This document shows positions 29,511-38,129 of a DNA stretch of 64,000 nt, piece by piece. Source of the stretch: Promethearchaeota archaeon (GTDB lineage Archaea > Asgardarchaeota > Lokiarchaeia > Sigyniarchaeales > SOKP01); the NCBI GenBank assembly GCA_019058295.1, contig JAHPZI010000028.1:128001-192000 (forward strand). The letters are read 5' to 3'. The first letter of the stretch is position 1, and each line of letters opens with the position of its first letter. The translations under genes and the position numbers were made by a program. Below the pieces are notes generated by a model. The model had not been told where the DNA came from. It was given only the letters and a program-made list of their open reading frames with translations, and did no database searches.

Positions 29511-30335
29511 ATGGAAGTAAATGGAGATAAAGAAAAACTCTTAAGAGATACAATAGAGGATATAAAAAAAACCATCGCTCTTAAAGAAGATCAATTAAGC
29601 ACTATTAATTCTACCTTGGTCCTTAAGGATGCGCAAATAAAGACGTTAGAAGACTCGTTAAAAGTTAAAGAAGAAAAAATTGCCGCTTTAGAAAAGACTG
29701 TAAAATTAAAAGAAGATGAATTAAAATCGACGGCAGGCTCAGCAGTTGATGAAGAAATACTAATAGAAAAAGACAAGAAAATTGAAGAACTTCAAAAAGA
29801 GATTGAAATATTAAACGATGAGTTAAATAAATCAGACGAAGTAATCGAGCAGTTAGAATTAGAAAAAGAAAAATTAGAGGAAAAGGAAAAAAATTCCAAA
29901 TCCTCAGATTCGAAAATTATTGACTTTACAAATATTTCTATTAGCGTATCTGAGATTATTGAAAAAATGCGCGAAATTTTACAAAAAGCAATGCATAACG
30001 TAACAATTGCCGTTCCTAATATAACAGATTTACAAGATTTACATCTTTATGAAGTTAGGTCGTCGGTTAATATGAAAATATCTTGTGAAATTAATCCTGG
30101 AATTGAGGAAAACGCTGATTTATTGGATGAATATGAAAGCCTCGACAATATCTCTCTGAGAAATTTTGAGGGAAGCGATAGATATATTATAATAAGAGAT
30201 GGTGAAGAGTTAATGATTGGAGTTATTGGAAAAAACGATAATAATCATCTAGTCTTTCACACAAGTGATCCTTCTCATATAAAACTCTTTAATTCTCTCG
30301 TAATGGAAGGTTGGCTGAGATCACGTAAGATTTAG
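29511..30335 (+). CDS. Coiled-coil protein with C-terminal PLD/TrmB-like alpha/beta domain
   Basis: ~120-aa heptad region, then ILQKAMHNVTIAVP...IIRDGEELMIG (fold assignment is inference). Confidence 0.6.
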   Translation: MEVNGDKEKLLRDTIEDIKKTIALKEDQLSTINSTLVLKDAQIKTLEDSLKVKEEKIAALEKTVKLKEDELKSTAGSAVDEEILIEKDKKIEELQKEIEILNDELNKSDEVIEQLELEKEKLEEKEKNSKSSDSKIIDFTNISISVSEIIEKMREILQKAMHNVTIAVPNITDLQDLHLYEVRSSVNMKISCEINPGIEENADLLDEYESLDNISLRNFEGSDRYIIIRDGEELMIGVIGKNDNNHLVFHTSDPSHIKLFNSLVMEGWLRSRKI

Positions 30336-30380
30336 CTTCCTACAAAAATATTTTAAATCTAATTTTGTATTAATTTATTT

Positions 30381-31100
30381 TCAAGTGAAAATTGGACAAT
30401 TAATCTTTTCACATCTGTCATTAATACCCGAAAATCTACACTTTATTGGTTCGTAATTTAAAACAATATCAAATTTCTCTTTTAAGAACTTTAATGTTTC
30501 AATAATAGATATTTTTACAGATCTTTTACAGCAATGTTCTAGATTATCTGCGATTTTAGCTAATACTTTTGATGTCATTTGATTTGCTAGTGTTCTTTCT
30601 TTATCTTTTGACGGAGTAGCTCCTGTAAATATACTAATAGCAATCCCAGCGCCCATACCAGCACCACATGTGCCATAAAAACCACACCACCCCCCAGGTA
30701 TTTTGGATGCTCTTTTAATTGCCTCTTTAATATCCATAAAGGTTATATCGTCCCCGTTGGGTTTTTTTACATCATTATTTTTTAAAGCTGTTAATATAAC
30801 TGCTGGGGTTAACACATGATGTTCAGGGCCATAAACTTTAAAATTATTATGCATCATAATCTTATCAGCTATTTCAAAAGGATTTTTTAAATCTGTATTT
30901 TCACAAAATCTTGTTATTATTTCGATTGGAACATTGGAATGGCATGAATCGCATATATAATGACCATTTGGGCAATAGATATTTACAACATCCCGTTTTA
31001 AACAGAATTCACATTGAAGTTCTTTTCGATCATCTAATTGAGTTGCGTAGACTAACTCATGACCACAAATTTCGCATTTATCCTTCTTTTTTTCTGACAT
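30381..31100 (-). CDS. DUF5714-like Cys-rich protein
   Basis: CxxC clusters, CPNGHYICDSCH, GPEHH, GGWCGFYGTCGA, CCKR. Confidence 0.8.
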   Translation of the reverse strand: MSEKKKDKCEICGHELVYATQLDDRKELQCEFCLKRDVVNIYCPNGHYICDSCHSNVPIEIITRFCENTDLKNPFEIADKIMMHNNFKVYGPEHHVLTPAVILTALKNNDVKKPNGDDITFMDIKEAIKRASKIPGGWCGFYGTCGAGMGAGIAISIFTGATPSKDKERTLANQMTSKVLAKIADNLEHCCKRSVKISIIETLKFLKEKFDIVLNYEPIKCRFSGINDRCEKINCPIFT

Positions 31101-31120
31101 TATTAAATTTACTCTTTTAA

Positions 31121-31975
31121 TTATATTATATCAATAAATGATCTTTTTCTTTGACTAAAAGATGCCAATTTATTGTATCCAATTTTTTTTAATGATTTTA
31201 GCATCTTTTTAAAATCATAAGCAAGTTCATTAGGATCATGTGCGTCAGATCCTAGTAAGATTGGGATGTCTAACTCACACATTTTTTTTAAGATCTCTTC
31301 ACTTGGATATTGTTCTTTAACATCTTTTCTAAATCCTCCTGTATTAATTTCAACAGTTAGATCTCTTTTTTTAATGAGATCAAGTGTTTTTGAAATCTCA
31401 ATCATGATTAAATCTTTTGAATTCTTACTGGGAAATTTATTAAACTTTTTGGGCAAATCAAAATGGCTTACTATATCAAAATCAAATTCCGTTGAATTTA
31501 GCATTTTTTGTATTGTCTGATAATATAGAAGAAAAACACGGTCGGCCCCCAAAGAATTATATTTTTCTAAAAATCTATTATCGTCCATTGCCCAAGGTCC
31601 ATTCTCTAAGAATAATATATGTACCGATCCCAAAATAAAATCCAAGCGAGATTTAATTTTATTCAAATGAGTATTTAATGTTTCTACTTGGTTTTCTATA
31701 TAATCTATTTCAAATCCTATTTTTAAATCGATTTTTTCTCTATATTTCTCTTTTAAATTTTCAATTGTAGAAATATAACTCTCAGTTTCGGTTAAAATCA
31801 TTGCATAATCCTCAATAGGAACTCCATCCATTCCTATTAGATAATCATATGGAAAATGATCGCTTATCCCCAGTAGATCTAAATCCAACTCAATACCTTT
31901 TTTAACATAATCCTCCAGAGATCCAATAGCGTGATGACACATTGAATTATGAGTATGCCAATCTTGTAGCTTCAT
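31121..31975 (-). CDS. Histidinol-phosphatase, PHP (HisJ/HisK) family
   Basis: DWHTH, ISDH, GFEIDY, GSVH, SHFDLPK, EINTGG, GSDAH. Confidence 0.88.
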   Translation of the reverse strand: MKLQDWHTHNSMCHHAIGSLEDYVKKGIELDLDLLGISDHFPYDYLIGMDGVPIEDYAMILTETESYISTIENLKEKYREKIDLKIGFEIDYIENQVETLNTHLNKIKSRLDFILGSVHILFLENGPWAMDDNRFLEKYNSLGADRVFLLYYQTIQKMLNSTEFDFDIVSHFDLPKKFNKFPSKNSKDLIMIEISKTLDLIKKRDLTVEINTGGFRKDVKEQYPSEEILKKMCELDIPILLGSDAHDPNELAYDFKKMLKSLKKIGYNKLASFSQRKRSFIDII

Positions 31976-32076
31976 TTTCCTATTATCATAATTTATTTTA
32001 GAGAAAATATGTTTAAATAGCAGTATTAAATAAATAAGTTAAAGTTTTTTATTATATTATATTAAGGAGTGATTAA

Positions 32077-32883
32077 ATGGAATTTGAAAATAAGCAATTT
32101 GATGGTCCATACGAAGTATCTGAAATCCAAATTGATCAAATGTTGAGAGGGATACTCTATTTTCCTCCCCAATCTTTTAAAAAACCTTATCCCTTAATAA
32201 TATACTTCCATGGTTTTCCTCAAGTATTCCCTTTAATAGAGTTCATTAAACGTTATAAATCTATGTTAGACATCGGATATTCATTATTAGTTTTTAATTT
32301 TAGAGGATACGGTTATAGTAAAGGCAAAATTTCAATTAGCTCACAAGTGTTAGATGGGCAGAAAATAATTGAGTTTGTCAATGCAATGGTAAAAAATGAG
32401 ATTTTTGACATAAATAATATAAATATTATTGCTCATGATTTTGGAGCTTATATTGCTTTGCTATTGTGTTCTAAAGTTAGAGTTGTAAATAAATTATTAT
32501 TAATTAACCCAATATTAGAACTTAAGAATAGAGTAAATAGTGAAGATTTTAAGAAAGCTCTACAATATCTCAATCGATTTCTCCCTAGAAGCATTCATGG
32601 TATAGAAAATATTGAAGAATTCATCCAAATGACTAAGAATGAATTATCTAAAGAAGAATTTCAAATTGAAAAATGCATTCCAAATTTAAAAAATAAACAA
32701 CTTAAAATTATCATTGGTGAAATAGATAAAATTACTCCTATAGTTGAAGCTAAGAAAATATTGAGAGGAGCAAATATAGCTCCAGATATATTCATAGTCA
32801 ATAAAATGGATCATGAATGCATTCAAGATGAGGATTTCAAAAAGATTAATGAAGAAGTTTCAAAATTTTTTAAAATTAATTAA
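32077..32883 (+). CDS. Alpha/beta hydrolase with Asp at the nucleophile elbow
   Basis: FHGFP, FNFRGYGYS, IAHDFG, GEIDKITP, MDH. Confidence 0.8.
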   Translation: MEFENKQFDGPYEVSEIQIDQMLRGILYFPPQSFKKPYPLIIYFHGFPQVFPLIEFIKRYKSMLDIGYSLLVFNFRGYGYSKGKISISSQVLDGQKIIEFVNAMVKNEIFDINNINIIAHDFGAYIALLLCSKVRVVNKLLLINPILELKNRVNSEDFKKALQYLNRFLPRSIHGIENIEEFIQMTKNELSKEEFQIEKCIPNLKNKQLKIIIGEIDKITPIVEAKKILRGANIAPDIFIVNKMDHECIQDEDFKKINEEVSKFFKIN

Positions 32884-32893
32884 GAGTTTTTAA

Positions 32894-33805
32894 TTAAATC
32901 CCTTCCATTCTTCTTTTTTCTTCCTCTATCCTCTCTTGTTTAAGCTCTTTTTTTTCTTTATGAGTCAAATGCTGGTCGTGTCTTTTAATATAGAGCTCTT
33001 CATATTTTTTTCTTAAATCTTCAACATCTTCAATATGTCCCAATACATCCTCTAAACCATCTTCAAAAAATCTATTTTTTTTGAATTTCTTTGCCGGAAC
33101 CCCAACATAAATCCATCCGTCTTCTAATTCTTGACCGACAATAGTAACTGAATTGGCTGCTAAAACACTATTCTTTCCTATATGAGTACCTGGCATAACA
33201 ACAGCATGGGCACCTATTCTAACATTATCTTCTATTATTGTTTTTTTTATTATTAAGAGATTTCCGACAATTACGGCAGATTGAACAATGGTTCCTTGCC
33301 CTACAACCACATTTTTTCCAAATTCTATAAATTCGCAATCTACCCAGCCCTCAAATAACGAGTTTGAAAATTTTGTTTTTACTCCAAACATTTTAAAAAC
33401 GATATTGTCTAAAAAAGGGAATGGAAATTTATGTGCTAGCCAAATAGGCCATTTCTTTATGGTATTTCGAAGACTCCAATAACGATAATCTCTATCTGAG
33501 GACTCTCTTAAAAAAACACCTTCCAAAGGTCTATGAATTGCATTGACTATTAAAAGCAATATCTTAGCAAATATTAATGATGTGAAAACGGCTGTAATAT
33601 ACATTAGAAAACAGAGTAACGGAAGAAAAATATAAAAATGAATTGGTCTTACTGGATCCCAGAGCCACCTCCAATAAAACCATAATTCTAAGAGTACGGG
33701 AATCATAGAGACCCACATAAGAAATATATAAAAAATTAAATATCTTTTTTTTACTAAAACTGTTGGAACAAACGGGCCCACCCTCATAGAAGTTGGAACA
33801 GACAT
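32894..33805 (-). CDS. 2TM + left-handed beta-helix (hexapeptide) protein, paralog 3
   Basis: Two TMs, HRPLEGVF, YRYW, FGVK, hexapeptide repeats, YVGVPAK. Confidence 0.85.
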   Translation of the reverse strand: MSVPTSMRVGPFVPTVLVKKRYLIFYIFLMWVSMIPVLLELWFYWRWLWDPVRPIHFYIFLPLLCFLMYITAVFTSLIFAKILLLIVNAIHRPLEGVFLRESSDRDYRYWSLRNTIKKWPIWLAHKFPFPFLDNIVFKMFGVKTKFSNSLFEGWVDCEFIEFGKNVVVGQGTIVQSAVIVGNLLIIKKTIIEDNVRIGAHAVVMPGTHIGKNSVLAANSVTIVGQELEDGWIYVGVPAKKFKKNRFFEDGLEDVLGHIEDVEDLRKKYEELYIKRHDQHLTHKEKKELKQERIEEEKRRMEGI

Positions 33806-33822
33806 TTTTTCAAACCCCTGAA

Positions 33823-34722
33823 TTATATATTAATTTTATCCTTTTTGTCTTCTTCAATATTAATTTCATGCTCAACGCTTATTGCCTGCTCATCATCAAC
33901 AATACTCTTTGTTATATGTTTCACTCCACCTAGCTTATTTGGTTTCAGTTTTATGCAAGGAATACCAAAGTAAATCCATTCTGGTTCTAAGAATTGACTA
34001 AAAACTGTAGCAGAAAGTGCGCCTAACAATGAATCCTTTCCTATAATAGTTCCTGGTGAGACACAAGCCATTCCTCCAACAACTGTATAATCGCTAAATA
34101 TTATTTCTTTGATAATAAGGTACTTTCCAACAACCATTGAACTCATGACTACAGCACCTTGTCCAACCAAAACTTTCCGTCCAAATTTTATGAACTCCAT
34201 ATCACACCAAGAATCTTGGAGATGACTCGAAAAATCCATTTTCACTCCAAACCATCGGAAAGCTAATGTATCAATCCACGGTAAAGGACAATTTCTCACA
34301 AACCACATCACTAATTTTTTTAATTCGGTTCTCATACACCAGAACTCAAAGTCTTGGTCCCCTTTCTGAGCTAAAAATATACCTTCTTTTGGTTTATGAA
34401 TAAGATTTATTAAAACTAAAAAAAGCTTACTAAAAAATATGCATCCCAAAATAAAAATAAACAACATAGAGAATATTGCGATTGGTAAGAATAAAATAGG
34501 AAAAAGATATACTGTCCAATCATCTGTTATCAGATATAAAAGCCTGAAATATTCATATAAATATATTCCAACTAATAACCCGCTAAACCAGAAAATTGGA
34601 ATATATATTATAAGAATTTTACTACTAACTCTACTAATTGCGCTACTAGTTTGGAAATCAAGCGCATATTCCTTCTTATCTGTATTTCCTTTATCTGATG
34701 TTTCAATTATCTTTTCAGTCAT
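33823..34722 (-). CDS. 2TM + left-handed beta-helix protein, paralog 2
   Basis: Two TMs, HKPKEGIF, FEFW, FGVK, hexapeptide repeats, YFGIP. Confidence 0.85.
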   Translation of the reverse strand: MTEKIIETSDKGNTDKKEYALDFQTSSAISRVSSKILIIYIPIFWFSGLLVGIYLYEYFRLLYLITDDWTVYLFPILFLPIAIFSMLFIFILGCIFFSKLFLVLINLIHKPKEGIFLAQKGDQDFEFWCMRTELKKLVMWFVRNCPLPWIDTLAFRWFGVKMDFSSHLQDSWCDMEFIKFGRKVLVGQGAVVMSSMVVGKYLIIKEIIFSDYTVVGGMACVSPGTIIGKDSLLGALSATVFSQFLEPEWIYFGIPCIKLKPNKLGGVKHITKSIVDDEQAISVEHEINIEEDKKDKINI

Positions 34723-34731
34723 TTGTTTATT

Positions 34732-35631
34732 TTATAAGTTTTCTTCTATATCATTGATTTCTTTTAAATTCTTATTTTTCTCTAAATCTTCTTCAGATAT
34801 TTTCAAATAATTCATTACTTTTTTCGTAAAAATTTTACGGGCTGGAATACCAAAATAATAATTATTACCCTTCGTAATCTGTTTTTTCGCAAAGGCACCA
34901 AGTGGTAATAAATAAGAGTTATCTTTTATTTCACAACCAGGTCCAGCTATATTAAATGCGGCACCTGTAACATTATTTCCAATCTTTATTTCATAATAAG
35001 GAATTCTTCCAAATATACCCTCGACTGCATGAGAACATATTGCTGAATTAACTCCTATATAACAGTTCTCCCCAACATCAATATATTTATCAGCAACAAT
35101 CTCTTCTTCGATTGTTGTACCTTTCCCAATTTTACATGATCCTACAAAATTAAAGAACCAATTTGCTAACCATGGAAAAAGACCTTTAGTAAATGCATTT
35201 TTTCCATATTTTATTATAAATGATCGGATATGGTAATAATTCAATGTATCACTAGGGACAGTCCGGAGAATAATCCCATCTCGTGTAGGACACCTCCATT
35301 CTGTAAATCTCCAGAACACTCGAGTTAATAATGCTACAAAAAATAGATGTAAAAGGTAGCAACCAATTGAAATTAACGGCATTAAAGTTAACGCTAATAG
35401 GGGTTTAAGGTCTGTAAAAAGAGAGAAAAAATCATTGATATCCAAAAAGAAAGGTTTAAAAACTAAAAAAAAATATAACATGAAAACAATTCCGGGAAGG
35501 AAGTAAGATCCTAAATAAATAATAGCAAAAAAAGTTAAATAGAAGTGATATTGTAGGTTAATCTCTTGTTCTTTTTCGCCTTTTTTTTCTTCAGTATTAT
35601 TAATCTTTGGCTCTTCTTTCATATTAGCCAT
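34732..35631 (-). CDS. 2TM + left-handed beta-helix protein, paralog 1 (retains His in CSHAVEG)
   Basis: Two TMs, PTRDGII, CKIGKGTTI, ICSHAVEG, YFGIPAR. Confidence 0.85.
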   Translation of the reverse strand: MANMKEEPKINNTEEKKGEKEQEINLQYHFYLTFFAIIYLGSYFLPGIVFMLYFFLVFKPFFLDINDFFSLFTDLKPLLALTLMPLISIGCYLLHLFFVALLTRVFWRFTEWRCPTRDGIILRTVPSDTLNYYHIRSFIIKYGKNAFTKGLFPWLANWFFNFVGSCKIGKGTTIEEEIVADKYIDVGENCYIGVNSAICSHAVEGIFGRIPYYEIKIGNNVTGAAFNIAGPGCEIKDNSYLLPLGAFAKKQITKGNNYYFGIPARKIFTKKVMNYLKISEEDLEKNKNLKEINDIEENL

Positions 35632-35751
35632 TTTATGTCCTTTTTATAAAGAATGCTAATTTATTATAGTTTTTAATATTTTAATAGATAGTTTTTCCAA
35701 GTATTAATTTTTGACGATTATTTCTATAATAATATTTATCTACTTATGATT

Positions 35752-35918
35752 TTATCTATTAGAATCCATATACCCTTTTATATATTTATAAATTTCTTCA
35801 GCAGGTTGAAATACTCCAAAATGCCCTTCGCATAAAATATCTGCTTTTACATCAAGCAGTTTTTGCATTGATTTTTGATAATCGCCTTTATTAGAACCAA
35901 AACTTTTCATAAATGGAC
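35752..35918 (-). pseudogene. Orphan 3' end of an MBL-hydrolase gene (duplicate of the last ~55 codons of 37445..38119)
   Basis: PFMKSFGSNKGDYQKSMQKLLDVKADILCEGHFGVFQPAEEIYKYI vs PFMKSFSSNLYDYQNSMQKILDLNADILCEGHFGIFQPAEQVKKYI: 35/46 identical by manual count. Similarity stops abruptly at 35918. Confidence 0.9.
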
Positions 35919-37620
35919 AATAGATAGGTTTTATTCTATAAAGAAAATAATATATTAAAGGAATTATTTTTATCAAATATTTTCATTTTTTGGCCCATAT
36001 ACTTTTCTTAATAAATTAAAGATCTCATATTTAGTATTAAGTTTTTTAATCGTATTCTTAACAAGTGGATCAGTTATAAATAAATTTTTAAAAAAAATTG
36101 TTGCATGTTTTTCAAAACCTTTTAACCCAAACTCCTTAGAATATATTGTATACAGAGAAACTCCATTTCTAAGAAGATCTTTGACTCTTTTATAACGATT
36201 CTCTTTTATTAAGAATGCCTCTGGTTTTAACTTAATATTCCATTTTGATAGATAATTATTTAAAGTTCCTTTAGCAATTGAAAATTTGAAAATTTTGAAA
36301 TGTAGTTTAATTAAATCCTCTATTCTCGTATTTGGATTTTGGAGAATAATATTTTTCAATTGAAGTTTTGTCCACATCATCTTACGTCTCTTTAATCCTG
36401 CCCATGAAGAAGATTTATATCTCAATCTTTTTCTCTCTAGACTATTTTCATAATTATCAAGTAATTTATTAAACAATTCACCGCCTAATGTGAGATAATA
36501 TCCAATTAATTTATTATTTGAAAAATGAAGTTTGGGAACTTTTTTTAATTCGAATTCATAAATAATATCTTTTAAAAATCTTTTACTTTTAATTGTTCCA
36601 ATTCTAGGTGCTCCCCCTGAATGAGTTCCATCTCCATCAAAAAATCCAAGCAAACAACTCATAGACAAATTAGTATTATTAAATCTCGGAAAGAGAATCA
36701 AATTTGACTTTTTTCCTATAGGGAATCCATGAGTATATAAATATTTTCCAAATAAATTACCAGAAATCCTAAACGAGAATGTATATGAATAATTTAAACT
36801 AAATTCATTAGGAGGTTTTCTTGTAAAATCAACATTTCTTGGAGAAAGCCCAATTGCTTGAATAAATCGTTTAATTAAAATTCCATCTTTAACTCCAATT
36901 TCTACTGACAATTCATACTTCCTACGGTGCATTCTAAGATGTCCTTCTGCTAATAGCCAACCATACCAATATGCCTTCTCTTTAATATCAATATTTTGAA
37001 AATAATTATCAATTAAATTAGGATTTTTTTGATTATATTGACCAGAATGGAAATTATGATATTTTACAAAATATGTATTTAATTTATCAAAATTTTTCTT
37101 TAATTTTAGTTTAAGCGCTCTTGTATAAGAATTTAAAGTTTGTGTAGAAAGAAAATAATCAGGATTTCTTTTCGATTTAAGTATTAAATCATTGATATAC
37201 CATTTACTTTTTTTCATTAAATAATTAGTTGATAAAAAATGATAATTTATTATTTTATTATCTAAGGAATTAATTACATTTTTAATATCCCAAAAGAATT
37301 CACGAATAGAATAAATAGGATTCACATCAGCAATATAATGTAGTTAAATTAGTCAAGTTTATTCAAGATATTCTCTCTTGAAAATAATTTAGAGATACTT
37401 AATTTATTAATTTGTTTTAATTATGTTATAATCATAAAATAATTTCAGCTTTTAGGTTGATTTAATTTTTTATGTTGCATTATATATTTCTTTACTTGCT
37501 CAGCAGGTTGAAAGATGCCAAAATGTCCTTCACACAGAATATCTGCGTTTAGATCTAGTATTTTTTGCATTGAATTCTGATAATCATATAAATTTGAACT
37601 AAAACTTTTCATAAAAGGAC
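35919..37620 (-). mobile_element. Putative homing element of ~1.7 kb: replacement 3' end of the host gene plus free-standing LAGLIDADG gene
   Basis: Bounded by the two diverged copies of the host 3' end, both beginning GTCC(T/A)TTTATGAAAAGTTTT on the minus strand. The boundary is inferred. Confidence 0.7.
35973..37325 (-). CDS. Free-standing double-motif LAGLIDADG endonuclease with N- and C-terminal extensions
   Basis: YFQNIDIKEKAYWYGWLLAEG (motif 1), GFPIGKKS, CLLGFFDGDG (motif 2), LERKR; highly basic; own GTG start and TGA stop. Confidence 0.88.
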   Translation of the reverse strand: MNPIYSIREFFWDIKNVINSLDNKIINYHFLSTNYLMKKSKWYINDLILKSKRNPDYFLSTQTLNSYTRALKLKLKKNFDKLNTYFVKYHNFHSGQYNQKNPNLIDNYFQNIDIKEKAYWYGWLLAEGHLRMHRRKYELSVEIGVKDGILIKRFIQAIGLSPRNVDFTRKPPNEFSLNYSYTFSFRISGNLFGKYLYTHGFPIGKKSNLILFPRFNNTNLSMSCLLGFFDGDGTHSGGAPRIGTIKSKRFLKDIIYEFELKKVPKLHFSNNKLIGYYLTLGGELFNKLLDNYENSLERKRLRYKSSSWAGLKRRKMMWTKLQLKNIILQNPNTRIEDLIKLHFKIFKFSIAKGTLNNYLSKWNIKLKPEAFLIKENRYKRVKDLLRNGVSLYTIYSKEFGLKGFEKHATIFFKNLFITDPLVKNTIKKLNTKYEIFNLLRKVYGPKNENI

Positions 37621-38119
37621 CGTGAAGATCTTGGGCAAAAAGAATTTTAGTATCCTCAATTTCTACCAACACAGAAATGGATCCAGGAGTGTGGCCGGGG
37701 GTATGAATACATTGAAATTCATAATCACCCAATTTTAAGATCTCAATATCTTTAGTAAATCTCTGGTGTAATTTTATTGGTTTATAATCAACACCATACC
37801 AAGATGCAGCAGTTTTACGATCATATCCTTTTTGTTCAATAGCATCAGCATCTAAATCGTGAGCGTAAAATTTCATATTCTCATTAAGTGAAACTTTTAA
37901 TTCATAGCAGATAGCAATATGATCTATATGGCAATGTGTTAGAATGCAATGTTTTATGTTTTTTGGACTTAATCCAAAACTATTGATATTTTTTACTATT
38001 AAATAAATATTCATCCCAGAATCAATTAAAACAAGACCATCATCACTATTTGTATCCACTAAATATACAGAACAACCAGAATCTCCTAAATGGTACACAT
38101 TTTTAAATATTTTTTTCAT
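37445..38119 (-). CDS. MBL-fold metallo-hydrolase (glyoxalase II-like)
   Basis: LIDSG, THCHIDH, HTPGHTPGS, FAQDLHG, CEGH. Confidence 0.92.
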   Translation of the reverse strand: MKKIFKNVYHLGDSGCSVYLVDTNSDDGLVLIDSGMNIYLIVKNINSFGLSPKNIKHCILTHCHIDHIAICYELKVSLNENMKFYAHDLDADAIEQKGYDRKTAASWYGVDYKPIKLHQRFTKDIEILKLGDYEFQCIHTPGHTPGSISVLVEIEDTKILFAQDLHGPFMKSFSSNLYDYQNSMQKILDLNADILCEGHFGIFQPAEQVKKYIMQHKKLNQPKS

Positions 38120-38129
38120 TTCGATTAAA

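Noticed and set aside
35752-35976. 74-aa ORF as an independent intact gene
   Set aside because: Only the last ~54 codons are MBL-like; the first 20 are unrelated AT-rich sequence and the HxHxDH motif is missing. Treated as a displaced 3' fragment.
35973-37325. LAGLIDADG as part of an intein or self-splicing intron
   Set aside because: It has its own start and stop, is not in frame with a host, shows no intein terminal residues, and I saw no pairing between element ends. The host gene is complete without splicing.
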